From Minisyncoccota bacterium (GTDB taxonomy: Bacteria > Patescibacteriota > Minisyncoccia > Phycocordibacterales > JABMNX01), in contig OZ244961.1 of assembly GCA_965222715.1 (NCBI GenBank), positions 204,609 through 268,608 on the forward strand: DNA of 64,000 nt. The letters are read 5' to 3'. A program made the position numbers and the translations under genes. Below the pieces are notes generated by a model that worked only from the letters and a program-made list of their open reading frames with translations, did not search any database and was not told the origin of the DNA. The stretch's first letter is position 1; the number at the start of each line of letters is the position of its first letter. Below, piece after piece: positions 46,740 through 56,831 of this stretch.

Positions 46740-48332
46740 TTACCGAACAGTTACTACTTGTTCTGCAATGAGACCACGGGCATCAGTGACAATGTAGTCA
46801 GAAGAAGAAATACCACCTGTAATTTCAACCTTATTTCCAAGAATACGACCAAGTGCCACTGTGTGGGGAATCAGTCTATTTTCTTCTGAGACAGTGAAGA
46901 CGAGCGCATCATCAACCTGCACTTTAAGGGCTGAGAGTGGAATAAAAATAGTCTCAACCTCCTCTGCGGTTGCGGGTCGAGAACGTGCAATCTGTATTTC
47001 AACAGAAGAACCGTTTGGGATAGTCACTGATGTGTCGGTAATACCAACACGTACTTCTATCTTCTTTGTTTGTGGATCAAGTCCAGGTGCAATAGAAGTC
47101 ACTACCCCTCGGTATGTGCCGTCGATAACCACCTCATTATTTACCGCAATGTTATTTCGTTCGTCTTCAGTAATAAAGGAAACAATCTCTAATGCGTTTT
47201 GGTTTGTTACCACTGCTGCAGGGTCAAACTGGGAGACAAAATCCCCTGTTGAAAGTGAGAGCGATGCAATACGACCACTTATTGGTGTGCGAATCAATGT
47301 CTTCTCAAGATTTGCCTCTGCAACACGAAGTGCTGCCTCGGCTGCAGCAATATCTTCTACTCGACCTCCAGATACCCCTTGATTGTAATTTTCTTCAGCA
47401 ATACGAAGTGTATTTTGAGCGCTCTCAAGAGCTTGTTCTCCCTGCGAGAGGGTATCAAGTGTTGTAAGAATACCTGAGCGGGCAGTTGCTATGTCGCTTC
47501 GGTACCCACTAATGTCACTCTGGGTCACAGTATCAGTAGGAATTGCTTTATTTAGAGCTGAAGTAATGGTGTCAAGATACGAGGTTATAAAATCAAGTTC
47601 ATCAATTGCAAATGTAAACGTCTCGTTTAAATCGCTTTGTGTTGAAAGTGCATTCCGTCGTGTTTTCATTTCAGCGAGTCGCTCTTGTAGTTGGACACGA
47701 TCATTTTCTATATCAAGTTCAAGTTGTGCTTCTGATGTGGTGACAATAAACGAAGGGTTTGTAGTATCCGGGTTACTCATTAGTTGGTCAGAGGTGCGAA
47801 TAACTGCGTCTTCCGCCTTTGCAAAAGCTGAAAGGATAATGTTTACCGCCTGACGACGTTCACTTGAGAGAGATTTTCTTGCGTCATCTCGAGTAATTTC
47901 TAGTACAGTTAACTCTTCGTCACGACTTCCTTTTGTTGTTTTATCTAGTTGTGCTCGCGCCTGTGCAACTGAAGCGCGTTCTGCATCATTTTTAATTTCA
48001 GCAATGATTGCTCCAGCAAACACAAAATCGCCAACTTTGCGATAAACGTTTGTTACTATCCCTGTTGATTCAGTCCGTAAGTTAGCCTCGTTTGCTGAAC
48101 GGATAGTACCAATAAGAGAAAGGGGAGTTGTTTCAGTTGAGAGTGCAGCAACTTGCTCAGTTGATACTACTCGAATTTGAGGCTCTCGAGTAATCTCATC
48201 AAGTACCGATGATCCTGCTGCTCGCCACAGAACAATTCCAATAACAATAACAATAACGAATCCTATAATGATACCGTACCGCTTCTTCTTTGAGAGTGCT
48301 CGGTAGTGGTCAAAAAGAGTATGTTGAAACAT
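46740..48332 (-). CDS. efflux transporter periplasmic adaptor (HlyD/MFP family) with long coiled coil
   Basis: N-terminal TM, extended coiled-coil, beta-barrel C-terminus; precedes RND gene. Confidence 0.7.
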   Translation of the reverse strand: MFQHTLFDHYRALSKKKRYGIIIGFVIVIVIGIVLWRAAGSSVLDEITREPQIRVVSTEQVAALSTETTPLSLIGTIRSANEANLRTESTGIVTNVYRKVGDFVFAGAIIAEIKNDAERASVAQARAQLDKTTKGSRDEELTVLEITRDDARKSLSSERRQAVNIILSAFAKAEDAVIRTSDQLMSNPDTTNPSFIVTTSEAQLELDIENDRVQLQERLAEMKTRRNALSTQSDLNETFTFAIDELDFITSYLDTITSALNKAIPTDTVTQSDISGYRSDIATARSGILTTLDTLSQGEQALESAQNTLRIAEENYNQGVSGGRVEDIAAAEAALRVAEANLEKTLIRTPISGRIASLSLSTGDFVSQFDPAAVVTNQNALEIVSFITEDERNNIAVNNEVVIDGTYRGVVTSIAPGLDPQTKKIEVRVGITDTSVTIPNGSSVEIQIARSRPATAEEVETIFIPLSALKVQVDDALVFTVSEENRLIPHTVALGRILGNKVEITGGISSSDYIVTDARGLIAEQVVTVR

Positions 48333-48447
48333 GAAATATCTATATTAAAATTACAGACTAAACAGTACAACATTACCACTTAAAGTCAACGCAGTGTGTA
48401 CAGTTTTGTTAGGCACCTTTATATAAAATTTGATACACTTAGTAAGT

Positions 48448-48681
48448 ATGTTTAAAAATATGATAATGCGAAAGATGCTCAAATCGAAGATGAAGGGCGT
48501 CCCAGAAGAACAACAAGAGCACATTCTCTCAGCAATTGAAGAGAATCCTGAATTTTTTCAAAATATTGCTACTGAAATCCAAGCAAAAATGAAAGAAGGG
48601 AAAGATCAAATGACTGCAACAATGGAGGTTATGCAAAAGCATCAAGATGAAATGCGTACCCTCATGAATAAAAATAAATAA
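48448..48681 (+). CDS. small hypothetical protein (Lys/Glu-rich)
   Basis: ORF-track ORF, ATG 48448. Confidence 0.3.
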   Translation: MFKNMIMRKMLKSKMKGVPEEQQEHILSAIEENPEFFQNIATEIQAKMKEGKDQMTATMEVMQKHQDEMRTLMNKNK

Positions 48682-48686
48682 GAAGT

Positions 48687-49190
48687 ATGGAGTTGCACAC
48701 AGTATTAGTCTTTATTCATATTGCGGGAACAATCCTTGGTGTAGGAGGCGCCACTCTTGCAGAGATATTTTATCTCTCTGCAGTAAAACACGGTAAGCCA
48801 GGCGCGGGGGAGAAACGCCTTATGCATGCTAACTACAAGATGCTCCGTGTTGGCCTTGCGCTCGCGGTGCTCTCAGGAATTGCACTTATTTGGTATTGGG
48901 TTTCTGTGGAGGGAAATCCATGGCCACTTGAGAGCCCTAAGGTATGGGTGAAGGATATTATGGTACTGGTGATTATTATTAATGCAGTACTTATTTCAAA
49001 ACGGTGGGTGCCCATGTGGCTCGGTGCTTCTTTGTCATTTACTTCATGGTGGGGAGCAACACTGCTTGGGGCGTGGAGGGAGATTCCGTTTTCATTTTGG
49101 CAAATTGTATCAGGGTACATTGTTGCAATTTTTGTCATAGCTGCGATACTGGAGGGCATTAAACACTGGTACGTAAGAAAAAGAACATAA
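48687..49190 (+). CDS. hypothetical membrane protein (4 TM)
   Basis: 167 aa. Confidence 0.4.
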   Translation: MELHTVLVFIHIAGTILGVGGATLAEIFYLSAVKHGKPGAGEKRLMHANYKMLRVGLALAVLSGIALIWYWVSVEGNPWPLESPKVWVKDIMVLVIIINAVLISKRWVPMWLGASLSFTSWWGATLLGAWREIPFSFWQIVSGYIVAIFVIAAILEGIKHWYVRKRT

Positions 49191-49783
49191 TGAAAGCAAA
49201 AAACATTTTTATACTTGTCGGTCATCCAGATGCCGATACATCAGTTGGAGCGCTCGCGACTGCATATCAAGAAGGTGCAGAGGAGACTGGGCATGTGGTG
49301 CGTCGCATGAATATCGGCGAGTTATCATTTGATCCGATTTTACATAAAGGATACAAAGTCATTCAAGAACTTGAACCAGATCTTGTATCTGTGCAGGAGA
49401 ATATGAAGTGGGCGGATCACATTGTTATTCTCTATCCAAATTGGTGGTGTACCATGCCAGCACTCCTTAAAGGTATGTTTGACCGAATGTGGCTTCCTGG
49501 TTTTGCGTTTAATTTTGAAAAAGATAAAGAGGGGAAGCGTACTGGAAAAGTACTCAAGCTCCTTAAAGGGAAGACTGCCCGAGTTGTGGTAACGACTGGT
49601 ACACACCCGCTTATTATTCGACTGCGTGACGGAGACTTTACAAATGAGATTGAACGGGGCATCCTTGGTTTCTCTGGACTTTCGGTAAAAACTTCAACAA
49701 TTGGTCCGTGTGATCATGCTTCTGAGAAGAAACAAGAAGGGTGGAAGTCTCAAATGCGGCGTCTTGGAAGAAAAGCACACTAG
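49190..49783 (+). CDS. NAD(P)H dehydrogenase (quinone) family, flavodoxin-like fold
   Basis: FILVGHPDADTS... ILYPNWWCTMPALLKG typical of Flavodoxin_2/MdaB-KefF family. Confidence 0.65.
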   Translation: MKAKNIFILVGHPDADTSVGALATAYQEGAEETGHVVRRMNIGELSFDPILHKGYKVIQELEPDLVSVQENMKWADHIVILYPNWWCTMPALLKGMFDRMWLPGFAFNFEKDKEGKRTGKVLKLLKGKTARVVVTTGTHPLIIRLRDGDFTNEIERGILGFSGLSVKTSTIGPCDHASEKKQEGWKSQMRRLGRKAH

Positions 49784-49789
49784 AATACT

Positions 49790-50887
49790 ATGTCACTTTC
49801 AATTGGAATTGTTGGGCTCCCCAATGTAGGGAAGTCGACACTGTTTAATGCGCTCACTAAACGCTCAGTACCAGCGGAGAATTTTCCATTTTGTACTATT
49901 GATCCATCTGTGGGGGTGGTCGCAGTTCCTGATCAACGACTTATTACTCTCAGCAACTTATCACAGTCAGAAAAAACTATTCCTGCTGCAATTGAATTTG
50001 TAGATATTGCGGGGTTGGTTAAGGGAGCGTCTCAAGGTGAAGGGCTTGGAAATAAGTTTTTGGCAAACATCCGTGAAGTTGACGCAATTGCACACACCGT
50101 TCGTTTATTCGAAGATGCTGATATTACACATGTGCACGGTGCAATTGATCCGGTTGATGATATTGAGGTTATTAACATTGAATTGATTGTTGCTGATATG
50201 CAAACAACTACAAAACGTTTGCAGTCTCTTGAGCGAGAAGTAAAGCGAAATGAGAAAGAAGCAGTGTTTGAACATACTGCAGTACAAAAAGTTGCTCGTA
50301 CACTTGAAGAAGGAAAACTTGCACGACAAACTGATCTTACTGATAAGGAGGTAGAGGTTATTAAGGGACTACACCTACTTACCATGAAACCAATGCTTTA
50401 CGTGCTTAATAAAAAAGCAAACGCACTTAATATAGATGAAGAAAATACTCTACGTTGGCAGCGATTAGAAAACTTTTTAGAAGAACATAATGCCGAGTAC
50501 GTCATTATTGATGCAGGTATTGAACATGAGCTTAAAGATGTAAGTGAGGAAGATCGAGAAGAATTTCTACGTGAGTTCGGAGTAGTTGAAGACGGTATTT
50601 CTAACTTTATTCGCACAAGTTACTCACTCCTTAACCTTATCACTTTTTTTACTACTGGAGAAAAAGAGACTCGCGCATGGACAACTAAGAAGGAAAGTAC
50701 AGCGCCTCAGGCAGGAACAGCAATTCATACTGACTTTAGAGATAAATTCATTCGAGCAGATATTATTGCATACGAGAAGCTTGTTGAAGCAGGATCGTAT
50801 GCTAATGCTCGAGAGAAGGGGTGGGTGCGCACAGAAGGGAAAGAGTATATCGTTCAAGATGGTGACGTGATTGAATTTCGTATTTAG
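49790..50887 (+). CDS. ychF: redox-regulated ATPase YchF (Obg-family GTPase)
   Basis: GIVGLPNVGKST G1, TGS domain at C-terminus. Confidence 0.9.
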   Translation: MSLSIGIVGLPNVGKSTLFNALTKRSVPAENFPFCTIDPSVGVVAVPDQRLITLSNLSQSEKTIPAAIEFVDIAGLVKGASQGEGLGNKFLANIREVDAIAHTVRLFEDADITHVHGAIDPVDDIEVINIELIVADMQTTTKRLQSLEREVKRNEKEAVFEHTAVQKVARTLEEGKLARQTDLTDKEVEVIKGLHLLTMKPMLYVLNKKANALNIDEENTLRWQRLENFLEEHNAEYVIIDAGIEHELKDVSEEDREEFLREFGVVEDGISNFIRTSYSLLNLITFFTTGEKETRAWTTKKESTAPQAGTAIHTDFRDKFIRADIIAYEKLVEAGSYANAREKGWVRTEGKEYIVQDGDVIEFRI

Positions 50888-50954
50888 GGTTGAGTCGACT
50901 TTTTTTAATACTCTTGTATAATTTTCTACATTATTGCGTAGTACCACATTTAGT

Positions 50955-51893
50955 ATGAAAACAACACCAAAAGACTTCTTTCTCTGGGCGGGAGCAATGA
51001 TCTCCTTATATGGAGGAATTATAGCTTTTATTACCCTCCTCTTTAACTACATTAATTACGCGTTCCCTGATCCGCTCCGCTACACACCTGACCCATATTC
51101 AGGTGGTATGCCATACCAGATGGCATCTCTCATTATTCTTGCGCCACTGTTTCTCATACTGATGCGCGTTATTCGTTCAGATATTGCAAAAGATACAAAT
51201 CGCGCAGAGGTGTGGGTGCGTCGTTGGGCACTCTTTCTAACTGTGTTTGTTGCAGGGGCAACAGTTGTTGTTGACCTTATCGTACTCCTTACCACATTTT
51301 TAAGTGGAGAGTCGCTTACTATTGCTTTTCTTCTTAAAGTACTGGTAGTACTCCTTGTTGCTGGCGGCGCATTCTTACACTTCTTGGCAGACTTACGTGG
51401 CTACTGGATTCAAAACCCAGCAAAAGCAAAATCAATCAACTGGGGAGTGGGGGTTGTTGTACTTATAGCAATCGTTACTGGATTCTTTATTGTCGGTACC
51501 CCGCAAGACGCTCGTATGCATCGTTTTGATCGAGAAAAAATTAATGATCTTTCAAGTATACAGTGGCAGGTTGTGAATTTTTATCAACAAAAAGAACGAC
51601 TCCCTGAAGACTTAGAAGAGCTCGAGGATCCACTTACTGGTTTTGTTCTTCCAACAGATCCACAAACAGAAAATAGGTACGAGTATGAGAAGACAGACAC
51701 TCTTACATTTACACTTTGTGCCACCTTTAATCGTGAAAGTCGTGGTTACACAGAAGAAGTACTACGTCCCGTTGCTCTTGAAAGTAGCTTACGATACGGT
51801 TTTGACGACCAAAATTGGGCGCATGGGGTAGGAGAGACATGTTTTGAGAGAACTATTGATCCAGATAAATTCCCCCAACTTAACAAACGGTAA
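50955..51893 (+). CDS. hypothetical polytopic membrane protein with C-terminal soluble domain
   Basis: 4 TM then ~130-aa domain; ATG 50955 (TTG 50934 in track). Confidence 0.45.
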   Translation: MKTTPKDFFLWAGAMISLYGGIIAFITLLFNYINYAFPDPLRYTPDPYSGGMPYQMASLIILAPLFLILMRVIRSDIAKDTNRAEVWVRRWALFLTVFVAGATVVVDLIVLLTTFLSGESLTIAFLLKVLVVLLVAGGAFLHFLADLRGYWIQNPAKAKSINWGVGVVVLIAIVTGFFIVGTPQDARMHRFDREKINDLSSIQWQVVNFYQQKERLPEDLEELEDPLTGFVLPTDPQTENRYEYEKTDTLTFTLCATFNRESRGYTEEVLRPVALESSLRYGFDDQNWAHGVGETCFERTIDPDKFPQLNKR

Positions 51894-51914
51894 ATTACAG
51901 ATATAACACAGCAC

Positions 51915-54287
51915 ATGGAGTCCTATAACCACCAAGAGATAGAAAAAAAATGGCAAGAGCGGTGGCGTGCGGATGGTATCTACACTGTTGGAGAGCGTGA
52001 TACTTCAAAAGAAAAAGAGTATGTATTGGTTGAGTGGCCCTACCCATCTGGAAACCTCCACATTGGTCACTGGTTTGCCTTTGCGGTAGTTGACATATAC
52101 GTTCGTTTCAAACGGATGCTTGGGAAACAAGTACTTTTTCCTATGGGGTTTGATGCGTTTGGCCTTCCTGCAGAAAATGCAGCAATAAAACACGGACTTG
52201 ATCCTAAAGAGTGGACTGAGAAGAATGTCGCACATATGAAAGCCCAGCTTGAGAGTATGGGGAATAGTTTTTCATGGGAGAAGACAGCAAGTTCAACTGA
52301 CCCAGAATATTACCGATGGACACAGTGGATGTTCACTAAGTTTTTTGAGAATGATATCGCGTATCGTGGAAAGGGGGTCGTTAATTGGTGTCCATCATGT
52401 AATACCGTGCTTGCAAATGAGCAAGTAACTACTGATGAACGTTGTGAGCGATGTGGTGCGGAAGTTGAGAAGAAAGAGATGGATGAGTGGAAGATGCGCA
52501 TCACAAAATATGCTGATCAACTCGTTGATGATCTTGACACTCTAGACTGGCCTCAACACATAAAAGAATCTCAACGAAATTGGATTGGTCGTTCAAAAGG
52601 AGCTCGTATTTCTTTTGATATTTCAACGGGAGATAAGGTGGAGGTGTTTACCACTCGACCAGATACACTCTTTGGTGCGACCTACCTTGTCCTAGCGCCT
52701 GATCATCCGCTGGTAAAGAAGTTACAACAATCAATCACAAACACAGATGAAGTATCTCGCTATATCGCGGTCACACAGAAGAAGTCTGAGCAAGATCGAC
52801 TTGATGTAACAAAAGAAAAAACAGGTGTAGTACTCGAAGGCGTTACTGCAACAAACCCAGGAGATAATAAAGAGATCCCTGTGTTCATCGCTGACTATGT
52901 TCTTCTTGGGTATGGTACTGGAGCTATCATGGCGGTCCCGGCGCATGATGAGCGGGATTTTGCCTTTGCGGAGAAGTTTAATCTTCCGACACTACAGGTT
53001 ATAGAAACTTCTGAGAAGCTTCCATATGCTGGTGATGGTGTGCTTATACACTCTGGAGAATTTGATGGCATGGACTCCAGGGAGGCAAAAATAGCTATCA
53101 CCAAAAAGGTTGGTGGCACACTCGAGAATACGTATCGACTTCGTGATTGGTCGGTAGGTCGTCAGCGGTACTGGGGTGTGCCTATTCCAATTGTTTATGA
53201 CCCAGATGGCAAAGCTCACTCAATACCAGAAGAACATCTCCCATGGTTACTACCCGAAGATGTTGATTTCCGCCCAACAGGTGAGCCACCACTTGCTAAG
53301 AGTAAAGAGTTAAAAGAACGTACTGAGAAGGTTTTTGGAGAAGGGTGGACGCCTGAAGTTGAGACAATGGATACTTTCGTTGATTCATCGTGGTATTTCC
53401 TCCGATATATTGATAACAGTAATAATGAAGTATTTTCCTCACTACAGAAACAAAAAGAGTGGATGCCAGTTGATCTCTATTTTGGTGGCGCGGAGCATAC
53501 TACTATGCACCTCCTTTACTCTCGTTTTTGGCAAAAGGCTTTATATGATCTCGATCTGGTAACTGAAAATGAACCATACACAAAACGTGTTAATCGCGGA
53601 TTAGTACTCGGCCCTGATGGTAATAAAATGAGTAAATCAAAAGGTAACGTTATTGACCCAGATGAACAGGTTGCTCGACTCGGGGCTGACACAGTAAAAA
53701 TGTATCTTGCATTCATGGGACCATATGGAGAGGTTACCAACTACCCATGGGACATGGGAGGCATTGTTGGTATTCGACGTTTTCTTGAACGCGTGTATTC
53801 ACTTAAGACACATATTACAGAAACTGATACAGATGAAGTGATAACACTTCTTCATCAGACAATACATAAAGTACAAAACGATATTACTTATTATAAATTT
53901 AATACAGCCATTAGCGCACTCATGGTTTTTGTAAACACAGCTGAGAAGAAAGGTATATCACAAGAAACGTATGAAGTGTTTTTGACGGCGCTTGCGCCCT
54001 TTGCACCCCACTTAACTGAAGAGCTGTGGAGTATGTGTGGTAAGGGTACATCTATTCATCTCGAGTCTTATCCAGAATATGATCCACAAAAACTTCTCTC
54101 CGACAGTGTTTCTATTGTGGTACAGATAAATGGTAAGACGCGGGGTGCGGTTGAGGTGCCTACAGACAGCAGCGAGGGAGACGTGGTTAAGAAAGTACAA
54201 GACACTGATGAATTCTCGCGGTGGATAGAAGGAGAGCCGAGTCGAGTGATCTATATTACAAACAAGTTAATAAATATACTGACATAG
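51915..54287 (+). CDS. leuS: leucyl-tRNA synthetase
   Basis: HIGH-type motif PYPSGNLHIGHW, KMSKS. Confidence 0.95.
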   Translation: MESYNHQEIEKKWQERWRADGIYTVGERDTSKEKEYVLVEWPYPSGNLHIGHWFAFAVVDIYVRFKRMLGKQVLFPMGFDAFGLPAENAAIKHGLDPKEWTEKNVAHMKAQLESMGNSFSWEKTASSTDPEYYRWTQWMFTKFFENDIAYRGKGVVNWCPSCNTVLANEQVTTDERCERCGAEVEKKEMDEWKMRITKYADQLVDDLDTLDWPQHIKESQRNWIGRSKGARISFDISTGDKVEVFTTRPDTLFGATYLVLAPDHPLVKKLQQSITNTDEVSRYIAVTQKKSEQDRLDVTKEKTGVVLEGVTATNPGDNKEIPVFIADYVLLGYGTGAIMAVPAHDERDFAFAEKFNLPTLQVIETSEKLPYAGDGVLIHSGEFDGMDSREAKIAITKKVGGTLENTYRLRDWSVGRQRYWGVPIPIVYDPDGKAHSIPEEHLPWLLPEDVDFRPTGEPPLAKSKELKERTEKVFGEGWTPEVETMDTFVDSSWYFLRYIDNSNNEVFSSLQKQKEWMPVDLYFGGAEHTTMHLLYSRFWQKALYDLDLVTENEPYTKRVNRGLVLGPDGNKMSKSKGNVIDPDEQVARLGADTVKMYLAFMGPYGEVTNYPWDMGGIVGIRRFLERVYSLKTHITETDTDEVITLLHQTIHKVQNDITYYKFNTAISALMVFVNTAEKKGISQETYEVFLTALAPFAPHLTEELWSMCGKGTSIHLESYPEYDPQKLLSDSVSIVVQINGKTRGAVEVPTDSSEGDVVKKVQDTDEFSRWIEGEPSRVIYITNKLINILT

Positions 54288-54374
54288 AGCCATTTTAGGG
54301 ACACCTTGACGAAATACTAGACAAATGATACAAATTAGGGTACACTATCTCGGACATATCAATATTTACGAAAC

Positions 54375-55406
54375 ATGGCAAAAATTGCATTCAAACCAAA
54401 ACAAGTAACCAAAACACTTCTCGCGGTTCTTCCTGATCGCGCTCGAGAAGTGCTTATTAACCGGTATGGTCTTGGTAAGAGTGCAGAGAAGATGACACTT
54501 GAAGCAATTGGTAAAAAGTACAGCATCACCCGTGAGCGAGTGCGACAAATTGAAAACCATGCAATTCAAAGTATTCAAAAATCAGAAGCATTTGAGAAAG
54601 CAGAAAATGCTTTTGATGAGCTAGAAGGTCTTATTGACTCACTCGGTGGTGTTGTCGGGGAAGAAGAACTTCTTGCTAGTATTTCAAAAGAAAAAAGTAC
54701 ACAGAACCATATTCATTTCTTGCTCGTACTTGGAAGCCCATTTGTACATGAAAAAGAAGATAAAGAATTTATTCATCGTTGGCATGTAAACGGCACTCTT
54801 GCCGATCAAGTACATACCGCACTTCGTAGTTTGTATAAAAACCTTTCAGATGATGATCTTATTCCTGAATCAGATTTCATCCAATCATTCCTTGCGGAGC
54901 TTAAGGATTTAAATGAAAAATATCGAGACGAGGAAATTCTACGTCGATGGCTCGCACTTTCAAAGACAGTCGACAAAAACCCTCTTGGTGAATGGGGTGC
55001 TGCACACTCACCAAATGTGCGTGCAAAAGGCATGCGCGACTTTGCATATCTTGCTATTAAACGTCATGGTTCACCAATGCACTTTACTGAAGTTGCTCGA
55101 GCCATTACTGAACTCTTTAACCGAAAAGCACATACCGCAACGTGTCACAATGAGCTTATTAAAGACAAGCGTTTTGTACTTGTTGGTCGTGGACTCTATG
55201 CTCTTTCTGAGTGGGGATACTCACAGGGGGTAGTGAAAGACGTACTTCGTGAAATACTTAAGAGCGAAGGACCACTTACTCGTGAAGAACTTATTGATCG
55301 TGTACGCAAGGAGCGCTATGTGAAAGATAATACGGTCTTTGTTAACCTACAAGATCCTTCTATTTTTAAAAAGGATTCAGATGGCCGCTACTCTGTAGTT
55401 AAATAA
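54375..55406 (+). CDS. sigma-70 region 4 HTH fused to C-terminal HARE-HTH (RpoE delta-like) domain protein
   Basis: N-terminus LPDRAREVLINRYGL...TLEAIGKKYSITRERVRQIE (sigma r4); C-terminus GSPMHFTEVARAI...VGRGLYALSEWGY (HARE-HTH). Confidence 0.55.
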   Translation: MAKIAFKPKQVTKTLLAVLPDRAREVLINRYGLGKSAEKMTLEAIGKKYSITRERVRQIENHAIQSIQKSEAFEKAENAFDELEGLIDSLGGVVGEEELLASISKEKSTQNHIHFLLVLGSPFVHEKEDKEFIHRWHVNGTLADQVHTALRSLYKNLSDDDLIPESDFIQSFLAELKDLNEKYRDEEILRRWLALSKTVDKNPLGEWGAAHSPNVRAKGMRDFAYLAIKRHGSPMHFTEVARAITELFNRKAHTATCHNELIKDKRFVLVGRGLYALSEWGYSQGVVKDVLREILKSEGPLTREELIDRVRKERYVKDNTVFVNLQDPSIFKKDSDGRYSVVK

Positions 55407-55475
55407 AATTAAGAACTCTCTATCTGTTTGTAAAAGAGCTGTATCACACAGCTCTTTTGCGTTATTATTATACCA

Positions 55476-56810
55476 ATGAAGTTAAATCCAATTGAGATTC
55501 TTGAAGAGTTTAATCTCTCTCCACTTTTTATTATTGTTCCACTTTTTTTGGGACTCTTATGGTTTATTTCAACACTTATTCCAGTAAGTATTACTCCTGC
55601 ACTACGATTAATACTCCTTCTTTCTCCTATATGGTTACCCCTCGTTCTTGCACCGCTATTTTGGCGACTGTGGGTTGAATATATTCGAGCTAAATTTATT
55701 GCAAGTCAAGAATACGTCTTACTTGAGATTCGACTACCACGTGAAGTTGTTCGTTCACCTCTTGCGATGGAGACACTTCTCACCAATCTTCATCTTGGAA
55801 TAGGGGAAGGTACGTTTATCAACCGATACATTGAAGGAAAAGTACGCCCATGGTTTTCACTTGAAATGGTATCTCTTGGGGGAAACGTTCATTTTTACAT
55901 ATGGACACGTAAATTCTTAAAAGATGTTGTGGAGACACAGATTTATGGTCAGTATCCTATGGTTGAGGTGCACGAAGTAGAAGATTATACTAATCGGGTT
56001 TTATATAACCCTGAGACATACAACGTCTGGGGGTGTGACTTTAAACTTACTAAAGAAGATGGGTATCCAATTAAAACATACATTGATTATGGGTTAGATA
56101 AAGATCCAAAAGAAGAGTACAAGATTGACCCCATGTCTGGCTTCTTTGAATTCTTAAGCCACGTGGGTCCAGATGAGCAGATCTGGTTTCAGCTGATGAT
56201 CCGTGTCAATAAAGATAAACTTACTGAAGATAGAAAGTACAAAGGGGGAGCACTTTTCGTAAAGACAACAAGTTGGAAGGATGAGGCAAAAGATCTCATA
56301 AAGAAGATACGAGATGAAACAGCTACAAAGTATGTGGACGAAAAAGGAATTGAGCATGCAGGATTTCCCAACCCAACACCAGGGCAAGTTGACCAAATTA
56401 AGGCGCTTGAGCGAAGTATTTCAAAACTAGGGTTCGATGCGGGTATCCGCGGTATTTACATTGCTAAGAAAGATGCGTTTAATCCTTCAAACATTCCAGC
56501 CCTCACTGCATCACTAAAACAACTCAATTCAAATTCATTAAATGGTATTGCGCCTACACGGTGGTTTACACAGTTTGATTACCCGTGGCAAGATTGGCGA
56601 GGTAAAAAACAGGCAAAAATGAGGGGTGATATTATTGACGCATATAGACGACGTTCATGGTTTCATTATCCATACAAGACAGACTTCTTTGTGTTAAATA
56701 CAGAAGAGATTGCAACAATCTTTCATTTCCCAGGTTCAGTGGTACAAGCTCCAAACCTTCCTCGTATACAATCAACAAAAGGTGAAGCTCCTGCAAACCT
56801 TCCACACTAA
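55476..56810 (+). CDS. large hypothetical membrane protein (3 N-terminal TM + ~330-aa soluble domain)
   Basis: 444 aa ORF; no family recognised. Confidence 0.45.
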   Translation: MKLNPIEILEEFNLSPLFIIVPLFLGLLWFISTLIPVSITPALRLILLLSPIWLPLVLAPLFWRLWVEYIRAKFIASQEYVLLEIRLPREVVRSPLAMETLLTNLHLGIGEGTFINRYIEGKVRPWFSLEMVSLGGNVHFYIWTRKFLKDVVETQIYGQYPMVEVHEVEDYTNRVLYNPETYNVWGCDFKLTKEDGYPIKTYIDYGLDKDPKEEYKIDPMSGFFEFLSHVGPDEQIWFQLMIRVNKDKLTEDRKYKGGALFVKTTSWKDEAKDLIKKIRDETATKYVDEKGIEHAGFPNPTPGQVDQIKALERSISKLGFDAGIRGIYIAKKDAFNPSNIPALTASLKQLNSNSLNGIAPTRWFTQFDYPWQDWRGKKQAKMRGDIIDAYRRRSWFHYPYKTDFFVLNTEEIATIFHFPGSVVQAPNLPRIQSTKGEAPANLPH

Positions 56811-56831
56811 ATTCTTGTCACCACACCAGCT

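Noticed and set aside
43616-48332. Numerous 60-170-aa plus-strand ORFs inside the RND and MFP genes (e.g. 45537-45971, 46861-47382)
   Set aside because: Antisense to long, well-supported genes. Ser/Arg-rich. Artefacts.
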